From the NCBI GenBank assembly GCA_035504095.1, contig DATJSN010000099.1:2093-66092 (forward strand): DNA of 64,000 nt, given 5' to 3'. Positions 1-10,272 of the stretch are shown in pieces. The position numbers and the translations under genes are program-made. The notes under the pieces were generated by a model. That model ran no database searches. It saw only the letters and a program-made list of their open reading frames with translations, and was not told where the DNA came from. The stretch is from Phycisphaerae bacterium (GTDB lineage Bacteria > Planctomycetota > Phycisphaerae > WQYP01). Each line of letters opens with the position of its first letter. Position 1 is the first letter of the stretch.

Positions 1-1669
1 CCAGTAAATAATCCTGGCCGTTGTATTCATGCAATTCGAGCGTCTTTTTCACATCTCTTAAATCGATAAAACTATCGACCTTGCCGTCGCTATCGCAAGT
101 AATGTCGGCCAGCACGCCGCGGCGTGTGGGCTCTTCCTTAAGCCGGTGGATGGGCATGATGGGGAACAACTGTTTGATGGCCCAGCTATCGGGCATGGAC
201 TGGAAGAGCGAGAAATTACAGAAATAAGTATCGGAAAGCTGGGCTTCCAGTGATTCAAAATCATCACCGACGTAATCAATTTCCTTGAGGACGCGCAAAA
301 TCTTGCCGCAGATGCCCCAGAAAAGCTTTTCCGAAAGGCTGCGCAGTTCCAGGCTCAGATAACCGAGATTAAACAGATTCAACGCTTCATCCCGCTGCTG
401 GGAAGCGTCGTGATAAATTTCCAGGAAGTTTTTCTTGTTGATGTCCCGATAGGCGTCAAAAAGGTCTTTGACCGGTTGAGGAACATCCTCATTGCTGGGT
501 AGTTCCGCCGGTATATCAAAATAATCAAATCCGCTCACGCCCAGGACGTTGAAAACCAGCACGCTGTGATAGGCCACCATGGCTCGTCCGCTTTCACTGA
601 TGATGGTTGGATGCTTCACGCCGCATTCGTCACAAACGCTTTTAACGCGGAAGATCACATCGCTGGCATATTCCTGAAGGGTGTAATTGATGGAAGATTC
701 AAAATTGGTCTGGCTGCCGTCGTAGTCGACGCCCAGCCCTCCGCCGACGTCCAGATATTCCATCCCCGCTCCGGCACGTGAGAGTTCGGCATAGACGCGG
801 GCGGCTTCGTTGAGCGCGCTTTTAATGGTCCGGATATTGGTGATCTGGCTGCCCAGATGGAAATGAAGCAGTTTGATGCAATCCTGCATGTTGCGTTCTT
901 TGAGATAGTCGAGGGCCTTGAGCATTTCCGCGACAAAAAGACCGAACTTGCTTCTGGCGCCGCCGGATGATTCCCATCGCCCGCTGCCTCGCGTCGCAAG
1001 TTTGACGCGCATGCCCATTCGCGGCCGCACGCCATGCTTTTGACCGTATTTGATCAACAGTTCCAGTTCGGTAAATTTTTCGATAACCGGAATGATGTTT
1101 TTGCCAAGCTTTTGAGCCAAAATCACGGTTTCAATGAATTCATCATCTTTAAAGCCGTTGCAGATAATCGGCGTGTCGGTGCCGTTGGTCAACGCCATAA
1201 CCACCAGCAGTTCCGGTTTGCTGCCGGCTTCCAGCCCCCAACCATATTTGGAGCCTATGGAGAGAATTTCTTCGACCACGTGGCGCTGCTGATTGACTTT
1301 GATTGGGTACACACAGATGTGCTTACCCTGGTAATTATTTTCCTGAATGGCTGTTTGAAACGTGTCGTGCATTTCCGCCAATCGATGGTTAAGGATGTTG
1401 GTGAAGCGTACCAGCACCGGAAGCTGAATCCCGCGCAGCGAAAGCTGGTCGACCAGTTTTTTCAAATCAATCGAGCGGTGGGGATTTTTTTCCGGAAGCA
1501 CTGTGACGTTGCCTTCAGGATTAATCGAGAAATAACCCTTGCCCCAGTTAGCAATATTGTACGTTTCCATCGAATCCTGAACGGACCAGGAGGAGTTCAG
1601 GTTAATCATGTGTGTTGCCGGCGCCGCGGCGCCGGGCACTGGAATGGTTGCGGTTAATTGATTGGCCAA
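1..1669 (-). CDS. speA: Biosynthetic arginine decarboxylase (3' end runs off the window)
   Basis: Not in the ORF track because there is no stop in the window. Manual minus-strand translation gives WSVQDSMETYNIANWGKGYF, GMRVKLATRGSGRWESSGGARSKFGL and DVKKTLELHEYNGQDYLL, typical of SpeA. Start is TTG at 1669 or ATG at 1609. Confidence 0.92.
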   Translation of the reverse strand, partial: MANQLTATIPVPGAAAPATHMINLNSSWSVQDSMETYNIANWGKGYFSINPEGNVTVLPEKNPHRSIDLKKLVDQLSLRGIQLPVLVRFTNILNHRLAEMHDTFQTAIQENNYQGKHICVYPIKVNQQRHVVEEILSIGSKYGWGLEAGSKPELLVVMALTNGTDTPIICNGFKDDEFIETVILAQKLGKNIIPVIEKFTELELLIKYGQKHGVRPRMGMRVKLATRGSGRWESSGGARSKFGLFVAEMLKALDYLKERNMQDCIKLLHFHLGSQITNIRTIKSALNEAARVYAELSRAGAGMEYLDVGGGLGVDYDGSQTNFESSINYTLQEYASDVIFRVKSVCDECGVKHPTIISESGRAMVAYHSVLVFNVLGVSGFDYFDIPAELPSNEDVPQPVKDLFDAYRDINKKNFLEIYHDASQQRDEALNLFNLGYLSLELRSLSEKLFWGICGKILRVLKEIDYVGDDFESLEAQLSDTYFCNFSLFQSMPDSWAIKQLFPIMPIHRLKEEPTRRGVLADITCDSDGKVDSFIDLRDVKKTLELHEYNGQDYLL

Positions 1670-1809
1670 CTAATTGCCCTCGAGTTGCAATCTACTCAAC
1701 AAGAATAACCAGAAAATGTTCAACTCAGAAAGAATTGTATCACATTTCCGTGCAATGCAAGAAAAAAATCATCATTTTTTAATTTTTTTTTGATTTTCGA
1801 GCCCTGAAC

Positions 1810-3423
1810 TTAACCCGGATTGCGAGACAACGGCGGCAAGGTGAAGCTTTTCACTGCTTCAATACCGGAATCCTTTTGCAATTCCGCCAGGCACTCCGGC
1901 GTCGGTGGTTCGTCAAGTTTCAGGAGCATGAGTGCCCGATCGCCTTTGCGGCTGATGGTCATGTCCGCGATGTTGATCTTCAGTCGGCCAAAGGTGTTGC
2001 CAACAAAACCGATCACACCGGGACGATCCTTGTTCAGAATCAGCGCCATCGGCCCTTCGGGCACCATATCCATCCAATAACCCTTAATGGCTAAAACGCG
2101 CGGCAACAGGTCCGCAAAAACAGTTCCGATCATCGTGTGTTTTTTGTCACCCTCGGTGATTTCCAGTTCAATGCTGTGCTGAATCGCCCTCTGGTGGGCC
2201 TGGCCCATGGTTTCATGTTGAATGCTAATGCCCCGCTGTTCGGCCAAATGCAACACGTTAACCACGTTGGGCGTTTCGGTAATATGAGCCTTGAGCAATT
2301 CGATCACGGCCAGCCGCTGGAGCGTCGGCGCGACGCGCTTGGGCAGTTCGCCGTTGGTGCGAAGCGTAATAGCGCTAAAACCTTTATCCGCAATAGCACC
2401 GAGAATAATGCCCATCCGGCGGGCCAGATCGGCATACGCTTTTTCCTGATCGGAAAGGTTCAAATCGATGCCGCCGGCATTAACGGCGCCCTGGATACCC
2501 TGGCCGCGCAGATAAAGCAGGAGCGAGTCAACCGCGTCAACCGAAACCGCGGTTTGTGCTTCATTGGTGCTGGCGCCCAGGTGCGGCGTCAACAAAACTT
2601 TATCACCCAGGGCAAAAAGTACATGATCTTTGGGTGGCGGCTCTTTGTCATATACATCGATTGCAGCGCCCGCAACATGGCCGGAAAGAATGGCATCGGC
2701 CAAAGCCGTTTCATCTATAATGCCACCACGAGCGCAGTTGATAAATCGCACGCCTTTACGGCATAGCGCGATACGCTGAGCGTTGATCAATCCCTTGGTT
2801 TTATCGCCCGGAACGTGAACGGTGATGTAATCGCACAGAGGCAACAACGCATCAAGATCTTTGATCATTTTCACCTGGCCATCCATGGCGTTATCGGCAA
2901 AAAAGAATGGATCATGTGCTACAACCTTCATTTCCAATCCCAACGCCCGCCGCGCCACAGCACGACCGATGCGGCCGAAACCGACAATGCCCAGTGTTTT
3001 TCCGGCGAGTTGTGTACCCAAAAATTGATTGCGTTCCCACAGTCCTTTACGAACATGGGCATCGGCTGCGGGAATTTTTCGCGACAAAGCCATCATCATG
3101 GCGATGGCGTGTTCGGCGGTAGTAATGGTGTTGGCATCCGGCGTATTCATGACCAGGACGCCGGCACGGGTGGCTGCTTCAACGTCCACGTTATCCACCC
3201 CGACGCCGGCACGGGCAATGGCCCGCAGGCGGCCGGGTTTGGTCAATTCCGAAGCGGTGATTTTCACACCGCTGCGGATGATGACTCCCTCATGGTCGCC
3301 GATAACGGAGGCCATTTCTCCAGGATTCCACTTGGGATGATTGGTTAATTCCACGTCCGGCTGCTTTTTTAGCAGATCGAGACCTTCATCAGCGATTTTG
3401 TCGGCAACAAGCACTTTAATCAT
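1810..3423 (-). CDS. serA: D-3-phosphoglycerate dehydrogenase with ASB and ACT domains
   Basis: [30 protein letters not shown] and LTPHLGAST motifs, plus C-terminal [12 protein letters not shown] domain. Start taken at MIKVLVADK (3423) rather than the track start 3564. Confidence 0.95.
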   Translation of the reverse strand: MIKVLVADKIADEGLDLLKKQPDVELTNHPKWNPGEMASVIGDHEGVIIRSGVKITASELTKPGRLRAIARAGVGVDNVDVEAATRAGVLVMNTPDANTITTAEHAIAMMMALSRKIPAADAHVRKGLWERNQFLGTQLAGKTLGIVGFGRIGRAVARRALGLEMKVVAHDPFFFADNAMDGQVKMIKDLDALLPLCDYITVHVPGDKTKGLINAQRIALCRKGVRFINCARGGIIDETALADAILSGHVAGAAIDVYDKEPPPKDHVLFALGDKVLLTPHLGASTNEAQTAVSVDAVDSLLLYLRGQGIQGAVNAGGIDLNLSDQEKAYADLARRMGIILGAIADKGFSAITLRTNGELPKRVAPTLQRLAVIELLKAHITETPNVVNVLHLAEQRGISIQHETMGQAHQRAIQHSIELEITEGDKKHTMIGTVFADLLPRVLAIKGYWMDMVPEGPMALILNKDRPGVIGFVGNTFGRLKINIADMTISRKGDRALMLLKLDEPPTPECLAELQKDSGIEAVKSFTLPPLSRNPG

Positions 3424-3560
3424 CGTTAGAACTTCCACAGGGTTCGTATAGCCCTCATCTCCGGCGTGGGGCAAGGGAGAAAGTATAGGAGAAACCAGGC
3501 CTGAGGCAAAGTGAACCAATAACGTAAAATGGTTATCAGACAGCGTCTGGAGCGGCCTGG

Positions 3561-6167
3561 TCAATCGTCAATATCGTATTCCTGCAGGAAAGCGGCAAAT
3601 TCGTCGTGATAGTATTTACCGCCGATTTGTGAACCGTAAATCGTGTCCAGCGACTCGAGCGTTTGTTTGGTCTGGTCCTGATACATGTCCAGTTTCTCAT
3701 TGGATTGAATCAGGTACAGATAAGCTTCCCAGAACAGATCGGATCCTGGTTCGAGTTTAGGAATGATGTTGACGTATAGATTATGTGCATTCTGGTAGTC
3801 GCCCGCGACCAGACACGCGTGCGCATAACCAATTCGATTGGTCAGATCCGCCTTGTTCTGTTCATATAATGAAGCAAATATTTTTTTACCCTGTTGGCCA
3901 TCGCCTGAGCGGACTACTTCTTCGCCAAGAAGCTGTTCATAGGCGTAAATGTCCCTGGAATGATCGCCAGGTTCGGTCTTCATGTAATCAATCAACTGGG
4001 TTAACAAGGCCGCGGCATCCCTGGAGAGCATCTGGGCTTTGTAAGGATCCGAGTATTGATCCTGACGACTTTCGTCGTCGTATTGGGAGATCAAACCCTC
4101 GATGATATCTGTGGTATTCTGGGATGATTGCAGGGCATAACCGCGAATCAATCCGAGGATTTTGTCGGTTTGGCCGGCCAGTTGGTACTCACGAATGCGA
4201 TAGCGCAAAACAAGACCCTGATCTTTTACAGAAAGTTGATCGCGAAGCTTGTCGAGTTGATCAAGGGCGCCCGACGCCAACATGGGCTGCATGAGAGGAT
4301 CCAGCGCCGTGCCCGCTTCCAAAAGCAAAACGTCGATGCGATAGTTTTGAGCCCTTTTTAGCGTCTGGGCGTCCATACCTGATGGAGGATTATCCAAGAG
4401 GTTCAGAAAATCCTGACATGATTCAACAAGTCCATGCGCTGCGCTCTGTTGATCAATAATGGAAGCATTGTGAGACTGCAGAGTTGCAAGCTGTGAGGCA
4501 TTTAGACGAACAATCTGATAATGGGCATCGAGATACAATGGATCAGATGAGGTAACCTGCTTAAGCAGTTCCAGGGCCTCCTGGTTATGCCCTTGCTGTT
4601 CGAGTTGCAGGGCATAAGGCATGCGCCAACGCGACTCGTGAAAATCAACATAAGCCAGTTTTAACGCACGCGATGTCAACGCCGGCACGTCGGGCGGAAC
4701 CATCTGTGCCTGGTTGAGCACCTGCAACTCCGCAAGCGCCAGATCAAGGACGGTTTGCGCACGAGCATCCTGCGGCGCAGCGGCGACAAAATCCAGGTTC
4801 ATTTCCACGGCCTCCAGCAGACGATTCAACCTTCCGTTCGCGATTCCGGAGATTAAATAGGTCTGGGCGCGGATTTGCGGATCAAGCGTTTTTTCGGCCA
4901 GCAATAGATCAGCGGCGGCGGCAGATTCAAGATTATCCTGGTGGTCATCGCTTTGGGCTTTATACCAGGCGTAAGCCAAAAGCTGCATCGGTTGAAGCGA
5001 AGTCAAATCCGCGTTGGGTGGTATGTCCTGCACCAGATGGGAAAAAATCAACGCCTGATATTGCGGCGCCTGACTGATGACCTGCAATAAAATATTCATC
5101 GCGCGATTTACGGCTTGTTTATGCTGCTCGGGATCCTGAATAATTTGTGACTCCGCCCAGGTGATCCTGTAATCAAGCAGCAACGCCCCCATGCGCGCAC
5201 TTAAACTGTCGGCATCGGAATGCAGCCCAAGCCAGGTGTTAAAATCAGCGAGTGAAGCACGCGCCGCATCATAACGACCTGCGAGAAGCTCGGCTGAGAT
5301 AAGCTGATAACGCGCCTCATACTGCAACCAAAGCGGGGCATCAGCGGATTGAGCTTTGGTTAATTCATCGATTGCATCGTCAAATCGACCCGCACGAAAA
5401 TTAGCTTTACCGCTTAACAGCAATGCCTGGTAATACACGCCGCTGTCAGGCGAACCGGCAGCCCATTGACGCAAATTGTTCACCGCAGCCAAATACCATT
5501 TATCTCCCTGACCCGGTGCAGCCAGCCCCGTGTAATATTCAGCAAACGCAAGATAATACTGCGATTCGGTTTGCCCATTCATCGCCGCCATATATGCTTT
5601 TTGATCGGCGTCGGTGAAGTTTTCGGCGTTGTTAAGCTGACTGACAACATCGCTGTCGTGCCTAAAGGCCGTTTCCAACAACCTTCGAGCCAGGTCGGCT
5701 GAAGGAAACAAGGCCGCCTGCATATCGGGCGTGCCAGACCAATATTCAATCGGATTGACGTCATTATCGGCAATATTAACCAGAATAAATTTGGCCTGAT
5801 CAACGGCCCATTGAGAATCGACATTGTCGCCGGCAAATTGCAGATATTGATTGACCTGAGTGATAAAATCTTTCGCGTATTGTTCCTGCTGAGTTGAATC
5901 ATTTTGCATCTGGTCCCATTGGCAGTAAATCAGGGCCGCCTGAAATAAAGCTTTTTCCTGATCATTTGCGGCAGAAGAGATCGCGTGCTGAATATCGGGA
6001 ATGGAATTCTGATTTTCCAGATTATCCGCCAATTGAGTATCGTGAATTACCTGGGCTATTTGTTCGGTGCTTAGCGCCGGTGCATCGGCGTAGAGCTTGT
6101 GACAAAAGCCGCTCAGCAACAGTGACATCACCGCGGCTAATGCGCATAAATAGGGAAACCTAAGCAT
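3561..6167 (-). CDS. Large secreted helical/TPR-like protein
   Basis: N-terminal signal peptide; Ala/Leu/Gln-rich helical repeats resembling TPRs (ALLLSGKANFRAGRFDDAIDELTKA); last gene of the ExbBD/vWA cluster. Confidence 0.7.
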   Translation of the reverse strand: MLRFPYLCALAAVMSLLLSGFCHKLYADAPALSTEQIAQVIHDTQLADNLENQNSIPDIQHAISSAANDQEKALFQAALIYCQWDQMQNDSTQQEQYAKDFITQVNQYLQFAGDNVDSQWAVDQAKFILVNIADNDVNPIEYWSGTPDMQAALFPSADLARRLLETAFRHDSDVVSQLNNAENFTDADQKAYMAAMNGQTESQYYLAFAEYYTGLAAPGQGDKWYLAAVNNLRQWAAGSPDSGVYYQALLLSGKANFRAGRFDDAIDELTKAQSADAPLWLQYEARYQLISAELLAGRYDAARASLADFNTWLGLHSDADSLSARMGALLLDYRITWAESQIIQDPEQHKQAVNRAMNILLQVISQAPQYQALIFSHLVQDIPPNADLTSLQPMQLLAYAWYKAQSDDHQDNLESAAAADLLLAEKTLDPQIRAQTYLISGIANGRLNRLLEAVEMNLDFVAAAPQDARAQTVLDLALAELQVLNQAQMVPPDVPALTSRALKLAYVDFHESRWRMPYALQLEQQGHNQEALELLKQVTSSDPLYLDAHYQIVRLNASQLATLQSHNASIIDQQSAAHGLVESCQDFLNLLDNPPSGMDAQTLKRAQNYRIDVLLLEAGTALDPLMQPMLASGALDQLDKLRDQLSVKDQGLVLRYRIREYQLAGQTDKILGLIRGYALQSSQNTTDIIEGLISQYDDESRQDQYSDPYKAQMLSRDAAALLTQLIDYMKTEPGDHSRDIYAYEQLLGEEVVRSGDGQQGKKIFASLYEQNKADLTNRIGYAHACLVAGDYQNAHNLYVNIIPKLEPGSDLFWEAYLYLIQSNEKLDMYQDQTKQTLESLDTIYGSQIGGKYYHDEFAAFLQEYDIDD

Positions 6168-6173
6168 GTAATA

Positions 6174-6638
6174 TTAACCTTCGGCCTTAAAAGCGACGTG
6201 AATATATTTGGCTTTGATGCAATTATGGTAAACAGTAATCACATCCTGCCAGGGAACGTTGCTTTGAGGCCAAACAATAATATGCACTTGATCGCCCAGT
6301 ATGGCCCTTTTTTGCGTTAGCCAATCCTGAAGCGCTCCAGATAAATCCTGTGTTTGAAATTCCCCGTTTCCGATGATTGCCGTGGTATGCAGGCCGTAAC
6401 GCTCCAATTTGACCTGTAAGGTCATCGCGGGCATAGGAGCCGCCGTGGGAGGGTTTAAATCACTGCCAATAGCCGGAGAATGGTTGGTCAAAAAAAGTTC
6501 CGGTGAGGCAAACGAACTGCCAAGCATGAAAAAGATGAGAATGACCATAACCACATCGACCATGGGCGTCATGTTGGGAATAACGTTTCTCGGTTGCGGC
6601 ATTTTTCGTGATCGTCTTTTGCTATAAATGATTGCCAT
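6174..6638 (-). CDS. ExbD/TolR family protein
   Basis: NMTPMVDVVMVILIFFML transmembrane motif with the conserved Asp. Confidence 0.9.
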   Translation of the reverse strand: MAIIYSKRRSRKMPQPRNVIPNMTPMVDVVMVILIFFMLGSSFASPELFLTNHSPAIGSDLNPPTAAPMPAMTLQVKLERYGLHTTAIIGNGEFQTQDLSGALQDWLTQKRAILGDQVHIIVWPQSNVPWQDVITVYHNCIKAKYIHVAFKAEG

Positions 6639-6680
6639 AAACCGTTTCCATAACTATTTTCCGGAAAACTCCGGATAAAA

Positions 6681-7127
6681 TCATTGCGAAGGATTTTGAA
6701 TCGCAAAATTAACAGTGTCGATTCCCGCCTTGGCACAACTGATCAAAATCGGGGAAATATATTTATATTGAATACTTTGATCGGCGCGGATAATCAGCGT
6801 GAGATCGGGATTGTTCGATTTATAATCATTCAACTCATCGGCCAATTCATCGATGGAAACCTGTTTTCCAAAAACAATAATCTCCGGAGGGGGCTGATAA
6901 TCAGGCGTCGGGCCTTTCTGCGGAACCACATTAATAATCACTTGACCGCTTCTATCCTCCAGTTCGTTGCCGTTTTTGGCAATGGGAACTTTTACATTCT
7001 GCGCCGAAACCTGCTTGGCAATGTGCCCTACCAGCAGAAAAAAGATAATCAAACACATGACCACGTCAATCAACGGCGTAACGTTCACCTGTTCATTATG
7101 CATGTGAGAGATTGTGCGTCTTTTCAT
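6681..7127 (-). CDS. ExbD/TolR family protein
   Basis: NVTPLIDVVMCLIIFFLL motif and C-terminal IIRADQSIQY...AKAGI. Confidence 0.92.
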   Translation of the reverse strand: MKRRTISHMHNEQVNVTPLIDVVMCLIIFFLLVGHIAKQVSAQNVKVPIAKNGNELEDRSGQVIINVVPQKGPTPDYQPPPEIIVFGKQVSIDELADELNDYKSNNPDLTLIIRADQSIQYKYISPILISCAKAGIDTVNFAIQNPSQ

Positions 7128-7169
7128 GAATTTATCCGTGCATTCGCACCGTAAGCCAGTTTGTATAAC

Positions 7170-7982
7170 TTAACGCCCCGCGGCTTTCACCGGTTCAGCA
7201 GCCTGTTTTGCCGAACCTTCCGCGGGCCGCAGGCTTTCGAGCAAATCTTCAGCGAGCAACGTGGCCGAGTTGATAATATTGTCCAATCGTATGCGGAAAA
7301 ATCCGAAGGCAATCAAAGATGGTATGGCCACGGCCAGACCAAAAAAAGTGTGCCACAATGCCGTCGCTATACCCACAGAAAGATCGGCGGCATTGGCTTC
7401 CCCACCGTTGGTATGCAGGGCCAGAAAGGCCATGATCATGCCCAGAACGGTGCCCAGCAGCCCAAGCAACGGGCCGATATTGCCAATCACGTTGAGCATT
7501 TCAATCCGGCGGAAGAGATTGGCGCTCTGCTCGGCGGCGGAATTTTCCAGAGCTTCCTGCATGGTGTGATAACCAAGCTTAGCGCGGCGCAGACCGGCGT
7601 AAAGAGCCTTGCTGACAAAAGAATCGTTAGCCGCGGTGTAGTCATAAAGCTCTTCAAATTGCCGGGCCCGAATTAATGATTGGATGCGTTCGGTTACGTG
7701 CTCAGGAGCAATCTTTACTTTTCGTAAATGAATAAACGCGTCTATGATCAGCGCGATGCTGGTCAGTGAAGCCGCGGCCAAAACGCCAAGGATTAAAAAA
7801 TCCAGCCCCATCAGCATTGGATTGGGGTGATAAACCGGCTGCCCTGTGCCTGTGTCATCGGCACGGGCGGATCCGGCAAAAAACAAAAATATAAAGGCGG
7901 AAAACAGCCAAGCTGAGCTGAGCTTGAATTTCGACCTGGCGAACCAACCAAACATAAAGTCTCCTGTGTATACCCCGAACAA
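7170..7982 (-). CDS. MotA/TolQ/ExbB proton channel protein
   Basis: IGNIGPLLGLLGTVLGMI and GIATALWHTFFGLAVAIP helices. Start may be 7955. Confidence 0.93.
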   Translation of the reverse strand: MFGVYTGDFMFGWFARSKFKLSSAWLFSAFIFLFFAGSARADDTGTGQPVYHPNPMLMGLDFLILGVLAAASLTSIALIIDAFIHLRKVKIAPEHVTERIQSLIRARQFEELYDYTAANDSFVSKALYAGLRRAKLGYHTMQEALENSAAEQSANLFRRIEMLNVIGNIGPLLGLLGTVLGMIMAFLALHTNGGEANAADLSVGIATALWHTFFGLAVAIPSLIAFGFFRIRLDNIINSATLLAEDLLESLRPAEGSAKQAAEPVKAAGR

Positions 7983-8040
7983 TAATCAGGACATTTTAAC
8001 CATCGATAACGCTTTCATCACTGTTCCCGATCACCCGGGA

Positions 8041-9096
8041 TCAATCCCCAGCCTGATCCCGGGAAATATACTCATACCGACCGCCGTTTTGATCGGCAAT
8101 TTCCTCAAGCTGTTTTTCATAAATCGGGTCGTGTTGCATAAATGCGTAAGTAAAAACAGCGACTTTGTGGTCCTTGTTCATCTGGGCGATATCCGTAATT
8201 AATTGCGGATCAAAAGAGCCATCGGTAACAAAATAGATAATCTGAGGATTTAAACGGAATGCCGTCTGAAATGGCCCAATAAAAGGCTCATATAAGCCGT
8301 CGGTGGGATATCCTTGGGGCGCCACTTTTGACAATTCATTATTTAAAGCGTTTTTGTTCAGATTAGTGGCCGGAACAAGATAACCGGGATCAAGTGTTTG
8401 ATATCCGCCTGAATTGAAAACGATGACCGCAAAACTCTGCAATGGCACCAGGTCATTAATGGAATTCATAATCTGACTTTGCAGAAAATCAAAGTTTTCA
8501 TACATCTGGCCCGAATGGTCTATGATATATACGATTCGTGTCCCATTACCGCCCATCCCGAGGAGTTTCGACGGCGGTCCCTGCCCGATTCCGTCGCCCG
8601 ACATACCATACGCCGTAAGAGCGCCAGCGGGCGCTGCGACGTTTGTCGGACCCTGGGCAATCAGATTCATCGCCTGCGGCGTGGAATTATTGAGCAGACT
8701 TTTGACTGAAGAGTCGCTCGATGCCGCCTCTCGTTGAAGATTTTCCCTTAATGCATCAATAGGATTATTTTGCAGCGATGGATTCAAATCTTCGGGATGC
8801 AAAGTAAAGGGTTGATTGAATCCCTGGGGAATAATAATGATATCCGGTTTTTGATTAACGACCGTGCTGATGACCTGAATAGCGAAAACAATGATAATCA
8901 GCACCGCCAGATGGATCAGTGTAGAGGCAAGCCAGGGAAATGACCGTTCCAACCATTCGGGTATGTCATTGGAAATTCCATTTTCGCGGTGATCTGCAAA
9001 CAAATGGTTTGCGGTTTGAACAATTGGAATGTTTTTTTCTGACACAGTCAGCCCATTATAAACCACTCTCCGCGGCAAATTGCCCATCCCGGGCAT
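8041..9096 (-). CDS. Membrane-anchored vWA-domain protein
   Basis: Single TM segment (WLASTLIHLAVLIII), Gly/Pro linker, vWA domain with IVYIIDHSGQM and IYFVTDG. Start uncertain. Confidence 0.82.
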   Translation of the reverse strand: MPGMGNLPRRVVYNGLTVSEKNIPIVQTANHLFADHRENGISNDIPEWLERSFPWLASTLIHLAVLIIIVFAIQVISTVVNQKPDIIIIPQGFNQPFTLHPEDLNPSLQNNPIDALRENLQREAASSDSSVKSLLNNSTPQAMNLIAQGPTNVAAPAGALTAYGMSGDGIGQGPPSKLLGMGGNGTRIVYIIDHSGQMYENFDFLQSQIMNSINDLVPLQSFAVIVFNSGGYQTLDPGYLVPATNLNKNALNNELSKVAPQGYPTDGLYEPFIGPFQTAFRLNPQIIYFVTDGSFDPQLITDIAQMNKDHKVAVFTYAFMQHDPIYEKQLEEIADQNGGRYEYISRDQAGD

Positions 9097-9147
9097 TATG
9101 CATTCGGAATTCCATGCATTTTAGCAAAAATCCCTGAAGATTATTGT

Positions 9148-10248
9148 TTATTCAGGCTGTTCGAGCACACTTTGAGAAATGATATGAAATTCCCCTCTGG
9201 TTTCCGCCGCGATTAGTTTGAGTTTGGCTATTGAATCCGCGTCCGATGCGGCACCATCCGGATCGTCAAGATACGCAAAGGTATAAACAGGAATATTGCG
9301 CCCAGCGTATAAATCGGCGACAGATTTGATCAGGCGAGAGTCAAAGTTGCCGTCGGTAAGAAAATAGATGGAATCCGGTCGCATGGTAAATGCCCTTTGG
9401 AACGGCGTTAGAAACGGCATGAGCATGTCGTCGTTATGGCCCTGTGGAGCGACATTATCCAGTTGGTCGTCTATTGCCTGGCGTGCCGCGGTTGTTGCCC
9501 GCAGCAGATAATTGGGACCAAGAATTTGATCATGGTCGGAAAATACGATGACGGCGAATTTCTGATAAGGCCGCATATCTCTGATCGTCGACTTCACTTC
9601 GCTTTCGACATAATTCCATCCATCGATCATCGATCCGGAAGTGTCAATGATGATCACGGCGCTATCAGCACGGCTATGCACTCCAAGAAATGAAATTCCC
9701 GGCCCGGCGGCTATGGAACCACCGGATACTCCCAACGGTCCGAGTCCGCCGCCATTGATCTGGGAGAAATCTCCGCTCGGAGCGCCCATGCCGATAACGG
9801 CATTATGATTCATGCCATTCGAATCATTGAGTATCCGATCCAGAACAGTCTGATTGGATTGATCCGACCACGCCTGAGAAGGCAGAGGATATTTGTCAGA
9901 CATTGCATCCAATATGGACTTGCCATTGTCGTGTTCGAACGATGCAGTCGAACCCGTAAAAAATGGCTCTGATTCGATCGACAGCGAAGGGGCTGGCGCT
10001 GACCCCCGAAATATGCTGTACACCATCAGACCGGTTAAAAGCACGATAAGATGAGCCAGTAATGAAACGCTCCAACCGAAATATTTAATTCCCACAATTG
10101 CCGGTAAGCCAGAAAGCATTTTGGAAAAGGAATGCCTGAACCTTCCCTTGTTAAAAGTGAAAACCTTGGCACGCGGCCGACGAAAATGAAATGTATATAA
10201 CTCTCCCGGTATCAGGCGCCGAAAGAACTTTATTTCCCGGCCATACAT
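9148..10248 (-). CDS. Membrane-anchored vWA-domain protein (paralog of the adjacent gene)
   Basis: TM segment WSVSLLAHLIVLL, MIDAS IIDTSGSM and IYFLTDG. True start probably near 10119. Confidence 0.82.
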   Translation of the reverse strand: MYGREIKFFRRLIPGELYTFHFRRPRAKVFTFNKGRFRHSFSKMLSGLPAIVGIKYFGWSVSLLAHLIVLLTGLMVYSIFRGSAPAPSLSIESEPFFTGSTASFEHDNGKSILDAMSDKYPLPSQAWSDQSNQTVLDRILNDSNGMNHNAVIGMGAPSGDFSQINGGGLGPLGVSGGSIAAGPGISFLGVHSRADSAVIIIDTSGSMIDGWNYVESEVKSTIRDMRPYQKFAVIVFSDHDQILGPNYLLRATTAARQAIDDQLDNVAPQGHNDDMLMPFLTPFQRAFTMRPDSIYFLTDGNFDSRLIKSVADLYAGRNIPVYTFAYLDDPDGAASDADSIAKLKLIAAETRGEFHIISQSVLEQPE

Positions 10249-10272
10249 GAAGCACCGATCGTTTCAGGCGGC

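Noticed and set aside
1-1669. Arginine decarboxylase plus ClC as an Adi-type acid-resistance system
   Set aside because: The enzyme is the biosynthetic SpeA type, no AdiC antiporter is visible, and the ClC gene is about 49 kb away.
1034-3348. Long plus-strand ORFs (207, 209 and 177 aa)
   Set aside because: They are antisense shadows of speA and serA with no recognisable motifs. The same applies to the ORFs opposite phoH, the HAD gene and ribH.
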